DNA of 64,000 nucleotides from Rebecca billardiae RCC1528. Its lineage: Eukaryota > Protista > Haptophyta. Each line of letters starts with the position of its first letter. Within the stretch, counting starts at the first letter, position 1. The position numbers and the translations under genes were made by a program. The DNA is taken from contig OZ251232.1 of NCBI GenBank assembly GCA_965240325.2, positions 496,001 to 560,000 on the forward strand, read 5' to 3'. Shown piece after piece: positions 45,601 through 56,995 of the stretch. Under the pieces are notes generated by a model. The model was not told the DNA's origin and searched no databases. It saw nothing but the letters and a program-made list of their open reading frames with translations.

Positions 45601-45905
45601 TGCCCAGGGTGCGCGCGTCGGTAGCCACGGGCGGGAAGCGCGGCAGCGCGGGCGGCGGCGGCGGCGGCGGCGGCGCGCGCAGGCTGGCCGGCGCCGAGCA
45701 GATCCCGGACGACGTCGCCGCGTGGAATGAGCGGCTGCACGTCGCGCGCCATCGGCCGCACCACGCGCACGGCCACCTGAAGCACGAGCTCGAGCCGGTG
45801 GCACGGCGGCAGCACCATCACCATCAGCACAGCCCAGTGCCTCGCCCCGCCACGCCCAGCTTGTCGGCAGGGCCCACGGCCGACCGAGGCTGGCGCACGC
45901 TGTAG
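42678..45905 (+). CDS. Hypothetical protein with a folded core (degenerate EF-hand-like) and low-complexity flanks
   Basis: ~1075-codon ORF with host-like codon use; core YWQVAGLGEDDRMPRQVY..DWARD..FTASIFELADTWT..FLGKLFRRIT. Confidence 0.6.
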   Translation: MNEGAPPRAQPAYIVRGHRARRASAPIGIDALAEAHALLLKARKEEAELLAQPLPPLPKLKQPLPSEATAAPKRRASFAAGLPGAGAGTGHRRPPGADRRRFSVQGSGAAAAAAAAAAAAASARAGRGVALGRDGGRSTDAGEASGGVNGIAAALAAAAAPAPEPPPPAPLQRGPSSSSSQRRPPLVRQQSSSGSLLRRTSFSNTAKASAAIRSLVAERERVFSDKHVEQPVLGADLFDFEAEAAGGARSLRLAYHEHGSALEAARDLDKRAALLKRPGVLRAIARYWQVAGLGEDDRMPRQVYLTIMTRAARALGVVGSGTSAMADAVELAMADWARDTRALDDGGRSGMPLHAFTASIFELADTWTEGSDETVLTIFLGKLFRRITRVIGRARVRREKFEHAAEDAGAAVEDATARLEELRELASAPRAFRTLQAVRRPRASTAPAPRAAPGSARGRAAASEEADTFYMAEGLGGRRALQPGHVRLVVEGAEREGSVSTERPEPWAEAASSSAAAASQPRALAERLPAAPAPATAGPDAAEPEPTGARPSAQQGQDDPAAVPSGAQELLRALELATRRALAMSASAPAHGGSRAAGLPAVSSSQLSALLDAAEAAGLEESADVADAADALTRLLALEAVRAAARAVEAERSSVHAAAMPPSVAGAQLEAALAVTQQLDSALGMGEEAEDAADAAAADADARATRALLALDQLTDAGPPLVAHERAQRAYARGRAARGARLGVEPRAVRTRRRSTDGALPTQYRPPPPRERHPPPPLPPPPAEPAEPPPPDALLSVSLTPLEPWAAAEDVLPPPSPLQPPPAFRLSGAEEGGGEEDDSPREPSGWPSPRGPDEPEPMFVDPDLLALANASPEEICAEPGAWEMAAGLHEGAGFDTVHTHVRAAGQRVRGARHHSPRALRHAPPLPAGSLSRTAPPRFNWAPLDAAARAPRAEREQDAGGAAPRLPRSPTRLSPLPRVRASVATGGKRGSAGGGGGGGGARRLAGAEQIPDDVAAWNERLHVARHRPHHAHGHLKHELEPVARRQHHHHQHSPVPRPATPSLSAGPTADRGWRTL

Positions 45906-45982
45906 CAGTCGCCGCATTACTGACGGGCCATAAGAGCGAACGGTAAGCCCGTGATGCTGCTATCTATACTATATATCTTTTA

Positions 45983-45986
<4 letters not shown>

Positions 45987-46041
<55 letters not shown>

Positions 46042-46283
46042 TATAAAATATAAATAATGCATAGCTTATATATATAGTTATCATGTCGTCGCGTTGATGT
46101 TGACTTGACGATGCGCTGCTGCTGCTGCTCGGCTCAGTATGATGATCCGCTGTAGTCCGGTCGCGTAGTAAGTAGAGAGAGAGAGAGACGAGACACGAGT
46201 AAGAGCTAGATCGAGGACGTGATCAGATGAGTAAGTATTATCGCCAGAGAGATCGAGAGATCGAGAGATCGAGAGATCGAGAG

Positions 46284-46339
<56 letters not shown>

Positions 46340-46365
46340 CGAGAGAGAGAGCCAGAGAGAGAGAG
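45987..46365. repeat. (CT)n tract 45987-46039 and (GAGATCGA)n/(GA)n tract ~46246-46365
   Basis: Directly visible microsatellites. Confidence 0.9.
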
Positions 46366-46525
46366 TACGTATCTATCATATATCGCGCGTCATAGCAGTG
46401 GCGGTCTGTTTTTAATTTCCCCTTTATTATAATAACGGGCTCCGGGTGATCGACGGTGTGACTGACCAGTAGTATAGCAAATCACATCGTCATTGACATC
46501 ACCATCAGCATCAGCAGCAGCATCG

Positions 46526-49500
46526 TTACCATGGCGGGGCCGTCACTGTCGCGGACGCGCCCAGGTCGAAGCGGTTCTTCTTGCCTGACTGGAGCGCCCA
46601 CTTCGAAGGGTCGCTCACACGCGCGAGCACCTCCGCCCTCGTCCCACCCAGCCCGTGCGTTGCAAAGTCGAAGAGGCCGTTGTCGTTGTCTCCGAGCACG
46701 ACCGCGCTGTAGCCCAGCGACAGCGAGGCGGGCAGCGCGCCCGACGCGGGGTTGTTGCTGCGTGCGTCGACAGAGAAGCCCCCGGGGCTGTTCGAGACGG
46801 CGTACACAAACTTCGGCGCGGCGGCGCTGCCCTTGTAGATGTAGAAGGGCTCGTTCTCGAGCTTCATCCATGCCGGCACGCTGAACAGCACCAGCGTGCC
46901 CGCGGCAAGCGGCGCAGCTGTGGTCCATGTGAGCGTGCCGTCCTTGCGCGCTCCGGCAAACACGCCGTCCGAGCGCCAGCCCTCGTCGCTCACGTAGTAC
47001 GTCGTGCCGGCGGGGATGTCGGCGGTGGCGAGCAGCAGCAGCTCGTCCGGGTCGGCCGTGTTGAAGCCGATCACGGCGAGCTCGCCCTCTGGCCCCACGG
47101 GTGGCGGCGAGGGCGGCGGTGGCGGGCTGGGCGACGGGCTCGGCGGCGGCGAGGGTGGCGGAGGCTGCGGTGGCGCGGATGGCGGAGCGCTCGGCGGCGG
47201 CGGGCTGGGCGACGGGCTCGGCGGCGGAGATGATGGCGGGGCGGACGGCGGCGCCGACGGCGGAGTGCTCGGCGTCGGCGGGCTGGGCGACGGACTTGGC
47301 GGAGGTGGTGACGGCGGTGCGGACGGTGGCGCCGACGGCGGAGCGCTCGGCGGTGGCGGGCTGGGCGACGGGCTCGGCGGCGGCGAGGGCGGCGGAGGCC
47401 GCGGTGGCGCGGATGGCGGAGCGCTCGGCGGCGGCGGGCTGGGCGACGGACTTGGCGGCGGTGGCGACGGCGGTGCGGACGGTGGCGCCGACGGCGGAGC
47501 GCTCGGCGGTGGCGGGCTGGGCGACGGACTTGGCGGAGGTGGTGACGGCGGTGCGGACGGTGGCGCCGACGGCGGAGCGCTCGGCGGTGGCGGGCTGGGC
47601 GACGGGCTCGGCGGCGGCGAGGGCGGCGGAGGCCGCGGTGGCGCGGATGGCGGAGCGCTCGGCGGCGGCGGGCTGGGCGACGGGCTTGGCGGCGGTGACG
47701 ACGGCGGTGCGGACGGTGGCGCGGACGGCGGAGCGCTCGGCAGGGGTGGGCTCGGCGAGGGCGACGGCGACGGCGGCGGCGGGCTCGGCAGCGACGGCGG
47801 CGGGCTCGGTGGGCTCCGATCGACGCGCAGCCGCACGGGCACCGTCGTCGCCGCGGAAGGCACGTTGGCGAGCAGCGTGACCGTCGCCAGCGAGCCCGTG
47901 CCGAACGCGAACGTGCTGCCCGAGCTGCTCAGCTTAGCGTGGTGCACGGCGCGCGTGTTGCCGTCGTCGCGCTGGCTGACCTGCACGACGCCGCACCAGC
48001 CGCCCGCGCTGCGCCAGTCGTACCCGGTGCACGCGCGGTAGCTGACAAACCACGAGCGCAGGCCGTCGTGCACCTCGGCGCCCCACACGGCGCCCGCCGG
48101 CAGCGTGGCCAGGTTCGCGTCGGCGAGGTCGAGATCGACCGTTGTGTCGAGCTGGTTGCCGTCCGCGTCCGTGTTCACGTGCATCGAGCTGGGCAGCCCG
48201 GGCAGCCAGTGGAACATCATGCGGTGCGCCATGCTGATCGTGCTCGTCACGTCCGAGAGCGCAAAGCCCATCACGTTCGACCGGTCGCCGTACTCCGAGC
48301 CGCCCACGATGCCGCCGTGGTGGAAGCCGATGTTGTGCCCGAGCTCGTGCGTCACGATGGTCGGCATGTTCTCGCGCACGCCTGCGCGCAACGCACCAGT
48401 GGCGCGGGGCGCGGGCGAGATGAGCGCTGCTGCGGCGTGCGCGCGCAGCCGTCGCGCGCGCTGCCACCTCGGCAGGGCACGCACCGGATGCGGGGCACGC
48501 GGCCGTGATGGTGTACTTGCCCGGCAGGTTGCCCTGGCCGATGTAGCAGTGGCTCGGGATGAACGCCGCGACGTGCTGGAACGTGCGGTAGTCGTACGTG
48601 CCGTCCGCGTCCAGCGCCGCGCGGATCGCGTTCCAGATGGACGACCACGAGCAGAAGTCGTCCGGCCAGCCCGTGACGAGGTTGAGGTAGATCTCCGCGC
48701 TCGCGCCGGTGTCGATGCTCACGGCGCCACGCGACAGCGAGGCAAGCGCGTCGCGAGCCTGCAGGGCGTCAGGGCGTGGGGGCAGCGGCAGGTGCTGAGC
48801 GCGGAGCGTGCTGGGCGGGCGAGGGCTGCGGGCGGCTCGCGCGTGGGCGCACGCGCGCGCGCGCATGCGCCGCGGCGCCGCCGTCCGTACGTTGTATGAA
48901 CACGTGCCGTCGGCCAAGTCGCGGCACTCGGAGCGCGATGCCCAGGGCGAGGCGCCGATGGTGAAGCGCACGCCGTCCGGGTCGCCGTACATCAGCTTGC
49001 TGATCTCGCCCACCGTGCAGTCCTTGCCGCTTGGCCACGTACGCACCACGCCGCCCACGGCCTGCGACGAGCCGACGATCACGGTGAGCACCGAGCGCGG
49101 GCCGTGGTAGGAGGTGCGGTCAAGGAAGCGCGCGCCGCCGGTGGCGCTCTGCAGTGCGCGACGGTCGCCCGTGCCGAAGCCTTTGCCCTTGCCCTTGCCG
49201 CCCGCGTTGCCGGGGTGCTCGATGAAGATCGGGTGCAGCGCCTCGTGCTCGCCAAACGCGCCGCGCGCGCCGCGCCGCAGCTGCCCAGGGGGCACGTCCC
49301 GCGCGTGGGCGACCGTGGCGTCGAAGTCGACCGTGACGACCTCGCCCGAGTCCATGTCGCCGAGCTCGTCCACGATCTCGCCGTACAGCACCTTGCACCG
49401 ATCCGAGGTGCCGTCGTCCTCGTCAAGCGGGCAGCAGAGCCACGCGGGCGACGCCTCGACAAAGCCGCCGTCGATGGAGTAGTCGACCTCGCCCATGTCG

Positions 49501-49613
49501 ATGGCGATCTTGCGCAGGATGCACTCCTCGGCACCGCCCGAGGGCAGGACCGGGAGCGCGTGGACGCCCGCGGCGGCGCCGAGGACGAGAGCGGCGAGCG
49601 TCGTGCGCGGCAT
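46526..49613 (-). CDS. Gametolysin-type M11 zinc metalloprotease, copy A (exons 49613-48891, 48758-48485, 48381-46526)
   Basis: Signal peptide; HELGHNIGFHH zinc motif; EYGDRSNVMG Met-turn; long SP/SPPPP linker; C-terminal beta domain. Confidence 0.88.
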
Positions 49614-50184
49614 CGTGTAGCCCGAGGTGAACGAACGACGAGATGACGCGGCGGAACGATGCAGTCGTTCGGAGGTGCAAGGTGGACAGGTGGAGTGCCC
49701 CCTTACTGGCGCGCCAGTACAAGCTCATGGCTGAGCCTTGCCGTCTGATTGGCTGGTTGAGTCTGAAATAGGGTTCGCCAGCCAACCACATGCCGCGAGG
49801 AACTTGCCTCGAGCATATCACAGGTATGAAGAAAGGTAAGATTGATACGGCAGACGATCTCGAGATCAGACTTGCCGTTGTGCGGAACTTGCCTCTCGCC
49901 GATCCGGGATTTCGGGGCCGCACACGAAAAAGCACGTTGTCCGAGAATTCGAGAAATCGGTTCTGAGGGCACGATGGAGGCTGCCACCGCGTCGGTTTCG
50001 ACCAAGGAGACCAGCTGTTCAGGTGGTGTGTGTCGCGGTGAGCGCCAGCTCCCAGTGCCTCGAGCGCCCGTTGCGGCTGCGCGCTCTCGGCGGGATCGCT
50101 GACGCGCGCGGTGCCCGTGCGCGTCCCACCCCTTGGCCTGCCCGCAGTGCTCGCAGCCGGCCACACAGCCGCCTACGGGCGACG

Positions 50185-51878
50185 ATGGTGCTCGATGCAG
50201 CCTACCTCAAGGCAACGGTCGGCACGGCGCTCTCCGAGGGCATCGCGCAGGCCGTCACGCAGTACCCGGCGGACCCGGTGGAGTTCCTCGGCGAGTATCT
50301 GATACGCCACGCGGATGCGGCCGCACAAGCCAAGGCCGAGGCGGCCGAGGCTGAGCGCGTCGCCAAGCTGGAGGTGGCGCATGCCGAGGCGGCGGACGTG
50401 AAGAAGAAGCAGGCGGAGAAGGCGACCATGCTGCGCGACTTCCAGCACCAGCAGGAGGCCGACCACTTCGCCGAGGCGCTGGGGGCGGCGGACTCGCTGG
50501 ACACGCTGTACGACTCGATCCTCGAGTACATCCGCTCGCGCCTCGGCGCGAACGCGTACGTGGCGCTCGCCGACCGGCCCGAGAGGTCGGGCGCGGACGC
50601 GCCGTCGGCCGAGCCCGAGCCGGCGCCGCCAGAGGGGGAGGGGGAGGAGGGCGCGCCGGGGGCGGAGAAGCCGAAGCACCGTCCAACCTCGCTCTGGTAC
50701 GTCGCGGCGACCGCGGGGGACGTGCCGCTGCTCCTGGGCAAGCTGCTCGAGCGCGTGGAGCCCCCTGCCGAGGACGAGGAGCCCGTGGACGAGGACGACG
50801 AGGAGGGCGCCAAGCCCAAGATCGGCGTGGGCGAGGGCGTGTCGTTCGGCGCGATCGACAACGCGATGAAGGGGGTCGCGCCGTTCGCGCTGCACCTCTC
50901 CGCCATCACCAACCCCTCCGTCAAGTTCTGGTACACGCCGCGCAAGGGCGACTACCTGTGCGTCCCGATCCTGGACGCGTCGGGCGAGTGCATCGGCATC
51001 CTCGGGGTGGACAACCTGGGGCAGCCCAGCCACCTCACCGAGGCGGACGGCCAGTTCGTGCTCGAGCTCGCGCAGAAGCTGGCGGAGAAGTGGGTCGGCC
51101 TCGAGGAGGCGCGGCAGGCCAAGGAGGCCGCCGAGCTCCAGGTGATGGAGGAGCAGTTCACGAAGCAGCAGGTGCGCGCGCGGGCGAGCGCGAGCGAGCG
51201 CGCGCGCGGGCGCATGCGCGCTGCGCCGCCTCGGCCAGCGCCGCGCCGCGCACGCGCGCGCGCGCGCGCGCGCCGCTTCCCCGCTGAGCGGCGCGCCTCG
51301 GCCCGGCGCGCGCGCACCGTCCGCAGGCCGAGCTCAGCACGGCGCTCGAGAGCGCGGGCGAGGACCCGCTCGCCGTGAACAAGGCGAAGCTGAGCGCGGC
51401 GCGCGCCAACCTGCTCGCGCTGGACAAGAACAAGCTGGCCGAGATCAAGGGGTACCGCGTGGTCAAGCCCGAGGTGGTGCGCTCGGTGAAGGCGGTGTTC
51501 TACACGCTCGGCCTGGCGAAGCGGCTGCCAGGCTGGCAGAAGACGAAGTCGTACTTCGACAACAAGCTGCCGTGGGGCGGCGAGCTGCTCGAGAAGATCG
51601 CCAACTTCGAGCCGGCCAAGAAGAAGAACCCCAAGCCGTTTGCGCGCGCGATGCGGCGGTTGGACGGGCTGTCGGACGAGGACATCAAGCGCTCGTCGTT
51701 TGTCGCCTTCCTGCTTGCCACGTGGGCGCGCGCCGCGAACGAGCTCTTCCAGGAGGCGCTCAAGGCGCGCGAGGCGGCGGAGGCGGAGGGCGCGCCCGCG
51801 GCGGACGAGATCGCGCCAGAGGACGAGCCGGTCGAGGAGGAGGCGGAGGAGGAGGAGGAGGAGGCAGAGGAGGACTAG
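50185..51878 (+). CDS. Dpy-30 + GAF-like flagellar protein (radial spoke RSP2/EFCAB5-like); intron 51172-51326
   Basis: DAAYLKATVGTALSEGIAQAVTQYPADPVEFLGEYL (Dpy-30); coiled coil; GDYLCVPILDASGECIGILGVDNL (GAF); LAEIKGY..PEVVRSVKAVFYTLG; acidic tail. Confidence 0.75.
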
Positions 51879-53952
51879 GCCGAGCTGACTCGATCCGACG
51901 GCGACGGCTGCGAATGGGACGCGACGGCGGCACGTGAGTCCAGCTGCGCCACCAGGGCTGAAAGCAGTACAGGCCCGATGGCGCGGCGGCAGGCGGCCTG
52001 TGGCCAGCAGGCTGCTTCCGCGTGTCACACAGTGACAGTCACAGTGTGATTGATTACGTCAGCATATAACTACACGTGTGCAGTCACAGTGACGACACGA
52101 TATAGATCCGTCCTCAGCACTTCGTCGTCAGCATCAGCGGCCTGGAGTCACCGGGACCCGGAGTAGTCGGTCACTGACTCACTGAGTGACTACTTGAAGA
52201 GTACACTCAAGCCTACAGTACTTGCAGCAGCAATACTCTTATTGCACTCACTGCGTCTGCTGGCTGGACGGCGCGGCCCGCGTGCCGGCGCGCGTCACAC
52301 GGCCGGAGTCGGATGACGACCGGAGCCCGCCGGACGGTCCGGACGCCGGCAGACCGGACGCAGCCAGTCGTCGGAGTGATGGCGGCGGGGCGGCCGGCGG
52401 GCGGACGCGGTCCGCGTCATTAGCTTAGTCAAGACTCAGGCCTCAGCTGCTGCCCGCGCGGCAACTATACCCTTTCCGTAGTACCTTGTCACGTGTGGTG
52501 AGTGACACACTAATAATATGACTATACTGACTACAGCAGTGCCTAGATCGAGCCCTGAGAGTGAGACGTGACACGTGTGCCGACTGTGCCGCAGTGCCGT
52601 CCGCCCGTCCGCCGGGCGTCGTGACATTGACAGTGTGCGACCCGCGTGAAAATCCGTGATCAGACCTGGCAAGAGGCAAGACCGGCGGACGACGACAGTG
52701 TGAGTGATGTGATGACAATGATGGCCGTGCTGCTGACATGCATGCACGACTGAGTCTGAAAAGCTGGATAGAGTAGTACAGTGCTGACCCGTGCTGGCGC
52801 GAGTCGGAATCGTCGTCGAATGCTGCGTGGGGCCCCGCCCCCGCCTCGGGGATTGGGGTCATGATGGGGAAGAGCCGTAGTCCGATTACCCGCCTACATC
52901 ATGTGCCGTCGTCCGTGACAACGGCTGGCGCGAGTCTATCAGCCAACGGTATAGTCTGAGCTGATTCAGACTGAGACTGGCCAGCCTCTATCGGCGACCG
53001 GGTGGGGCCCCGGCCCGGGGAACGGATCCGGCGGCAGCGCGAGCGGCCAGCCGCCGTGTCGAGCGGCGAGACTTGGCACTTGCTGAGGCCGCGCCGGCGA
53101 GTGTCCGTTCGTCAGCTGACCGATTCGATACGGACAGTCCCACTGGGAGCACTATAACTCCCTGCGATCTTCTCGCGGTCCGCCGGACCAAGTGATTCAC
53201 GCGAGCGCGTGCCGGTGTCCGAGGGACCGGCAGATGAGTGCGATCCCGTACTCCCGACGAATCTGACTCTCCGTCCCAGGATGTCCGAGTCTGAAGGCGC
53301 GGTGAGCCGTGCCATGACGGGTCGCGCCGCCTGTGCGAGATGAGTTCCGCGTCCCGAGCCAGCGGGACACGGATCGGCGCCGTCCTGCCGCGGTGGGCGC
53401 GGAGTCAGTCTCACTTCTCAGAACCGCGTCAATCGTTTCATGTGTGACTGGCCTGAAGGGCGCCATCAGAGCGTTTGACAGTTTGCGTTGTCAGATTAGC
53501 ACCCCTGTCTGCACGGCGACGTCCCGCCGCCGGTCGGCTAGCCAAGGGAAGCCAGGCCTTTGCCGTCCTTGCTGGATGTGGCGCCGGGAGTGAGGCCGCC
53601 ATGTTGCCGCCTAGGCGCAGCTAAGTCCCGACGACGCCAGTTCGGTCACGCGTGAGCACGCGTGAGTTCCGAGTCGCGAAGATGATGAGCTACTACTATT
53701 GTACTCGCATAATTATTGCTATTTGGAGCCGTATTCCCGTATTCCCGTGCCTAGTTCGGACTTTACGTCGGCCAAAATGCGAGGCAAGTTCCTGCCTGCG
53801 CGGATTATTGCGAATTAGTGGCCAGTTCGGAGCCCGCCAACCAACCACCTGCCGCCCTTGAACCAACCACAGAACTTCAGCTGGTACCGGAAGTGGCCAC
53901 CGATTCGAGCCGTCGTCGCCGCCGATCTCGCCAGACGCGCTCGTCCTCATCG

Positions 53953-56662
53953 ATGCCGCGCACGACGCTCGCCGCTCTCGTCCTCGGCGCCGCCGCGGGC
54001 GTCCACGCGCTCCCGGTCCTGCCCTCGGGCGGTGCCGAGGAGTGCATCCTGCGCAAGATCGCCATCGACATGGGCGAGGTCGACTACTCCATCGACGGCG
54101 GCTTTGTCGAGGCGTCGCCCGCGTGGCTCTGCTGCCCGCTTGACGAGGACGACGGCACCTCGGATCGGTGCAAGGTGCTGTACGGCGAGATCGTGGACGA
54201 GCTCGGCGACATGGACTCGGGCGAGGTCGTCACGGTCGACTTCGACGCCACGGTCGCCCACGCGCGGGACGTGCCCCCTGGGCAGCTGCGGCGCGGCGCG
54301 CGCGGCGCGTTTGGCGAGCACGAGGCGCTGCACCCGATCTTCATCGAGCACCCCGGCAACGCGGGCGGCAAGGGCAAGGGCAAAGGCTTCGGCACGGGCG
54401 ACCGTCGCGCACTGCAGAGCGCCACCGGCGGCGCGCGCTTCCTTGACCGCACCTCCTACCACGGCCCGCGCTCGGTGCTCACCGTGATCGTCGGCTCGTC
54501 GCAGGCCGTGGGCGGCGTGGTGCGCACGTGGCCAAGCGGCAAGGACTGCACGGTGGGCGAGATCAGCAAGCTGATGTACGGCGACCCGGACGGCGTGCGC
54601 TTCACCATCGGCGCCTCGCCCTGGGCATCGCGCTCCGAGTGCCGCGACTTGGCCGACGGCACGTGTTCATACAACGTACGGACGGCGGCGCTGCGGCGCA
54701 TGCGCGCGCGCGCGTGCGCCCACGCGCGAGCCGCCCGCAGCCCTCGCCCGCCCAGCACGCTCCGCGCTCAGCACCTGCCGCTGCCCCCACGCCCCGACGC
54801 CCCGCAGGCTCGCGACGCGCTTGCCTCGCTGTCGCGTGGCGCCGTGAGCATCGACACCGGCGCGAGCGCGGAGATCTACCTCAACCTCGTCACGGGCTGG
54901 CCGGACGACTTCTGCTCGTGGTCGTCCATCTGGAACGCGATCCGCGCGGCGCTGGACGCGGACGGCACGTACGACTACCGCACGTTCCAGCACGTCGCGG
55001 CGTTCATCCCGAGCCACTGCTACATCGGCCAGGGCAACCTGCCGGGCAAGTACACCATCACGGCCGCGTGCCCCGCATCCGGTGCGTGCCCTGCCGAGGT
55101 GGCAGCGCGCGCGACGGCTGCGCGCGCACGCCGCAGCAGCGCTCATCTCGCCCGCGCCCCGCGCCACTGGTGCGTTGCGCGCAGGCGTGCGCGAGAACAT
55201 GCCGACCATCGTGACGCACGAGCTCGGGCACAACATCGGCTTCCACCACGGCGGCATCGTGGGCGGCTCGGAGTACGGCGACCGGTCGAACGTGATGGGC
55301 TTTGCGCTCTCGGACGTGACGAGCACGATCAGCATGGCGCACCGCATGATGTTCCACTGGCTGCCCGGGCTGCCCAGCTCGATGCACGTGAACACGGACG
55401 CGGACGGCAACCAGCTCGACACCACGGTCGATCTCGACCTCGCCGACGCGAACCTGGCCACGCTGCCGGCGGGCGCCGTGTGGGGCGCCGAGGTGCACGA
55501 CGGCCTGCGCTCGTGGTTTGTCAGCTACCGCGCGTGCACCGGGTACGACTGGCGCAGCGCGGGCGGCTGGTGCGGCGTCGTGCAGGTCAGCCAGCGCGAC
55601 GACGGCAACACGCGCGCCGTGCACCACGCCAAGCTGAGCAGCTCGGGCAGCACGTTCGCGTTCGGCACGGGCTCGCTGGCGACGGTCACGCTGCTCGCCA
55701 ACGTGCCTTCCGCGGCGACGACGGTGCCCGTGCGGCTGCGCGTCAACCGCGCGCCGACGCCTTCGCCGAGCCCGCCGCCCTCGCTGCCGAGCCCGCCACC
55801 GCCCTCGCCCTCACCCTCGCCCAGCCCGCCGCCGCCGAGCCCGCCACCGTCGAGCCCGCCACCGCAGTCGCCGCCACCTTCTCCGCCATCCCCGCCACCG
55901 CCGCCATCGCCACCGCCTTCTCCGAGCTCGCCGCCGTCAGCGCCGCCGTCCGCCCCGCCATCATCACCGCCGCCGAGCCCGTCGCCCAGCCCGCCGCCGC
56001 CGAGCGCGCCACCATCCGCGCCACCACGGCCTCCGCCGCCCTCCCCGCCGCCGAGCCCGTCGCCCAGCCCGTCACCGCCGCCCACGCCGCCACCCGTGGG
56101 GCCAGAGGGCGAGCTCGCCGTGATCGGCTTCAACACGGCCAACCCGGACGAGCTGCTGCTGCTCGCCACCGCCGACATCCCCGCCGGCACGACGTACTAC
56201 GTGAGCGACGAGGGCTGGCGCTCGGACGGCGTGTTTGCCGGAGCGCGCAAGGACAGCACGCTCACATGGACCACAGCTGCGCCGCTTGCCGCGGGCACGC
56301 TGGTGCTGTTCAGCGTGCCGGCATGGATGAAGCTCACGAACGAGCCCTTCTACATCTACAAGGGCAGTGCCGCCGCGCCGAAGTTTGTGTACGCCGTCTC
56401 GAACAGCCCCGGGGGCTTCTCTGTCGACGCACGCAGCAACAACCCCGCGTCGGGCGCGCTGCCCGCCTCGCTGTCGCTGGGCTACAGCGCGGTCGTGCTC
56501 GGAGACAACGACAACGGCCTCTTCGACTTTGCAACGCACGGGCTGGGTGGGACGAGGGCGGAGGTGCTCGCGCGCGTGAGCGACCCTTCGAAGTGGGCGC
56601 TCCAGTCGGGCAAGAAGAACCGCTTCGACCTGGGCGCGTCCGCGACGGTGACAGCCCCGTGA
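53953..56662 (+). CDS. Gametolysin-type M11 zinc metalloprotease, copy B (exons 53953-54675, 54808-55081, 55185-56662)
   Basis: Near-identical inverted paralogue of 46526-49613 with a shorter Pro-rich linker. Confidence 0.88.
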
Positions 56663-56995
56663 GCGATGAATCAGGCCTCAGGGCCCGTGAGTGTCAGTGG
56701 AGCCAACGCGAGGAACTCTACAGCTTGAAGTAGTTGTTAGCCTTGTCAGTCATGTTCGTCGTGAATGAACTGCAGCCTCATGATGATCAATTTGAACAGA
56801 CAGGCAGCGCACTGAGTCAGCCCTGTGACGCGGCCTGCCGACGATGACCCGCGCTGAGAATGCTGAGAGTGCACGAAATAAAACAATCCTTCGCCTGCGA
56901 GAAGAAAAAAAAGGATGCCGCCTTTCGCCGCTGTCGACGACCGCTTGGAAACTGGCAGCAGCTTTTGCTGTGAGCCCGTGGACGGAGCACCTCGC

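Noticed and set aside
52000-53950. Short ORFs between the Dpy-30/GAF gene and M11 copy B
   Set aside because: No recognisable motifs or host-like codon bias; treated as intergenic.
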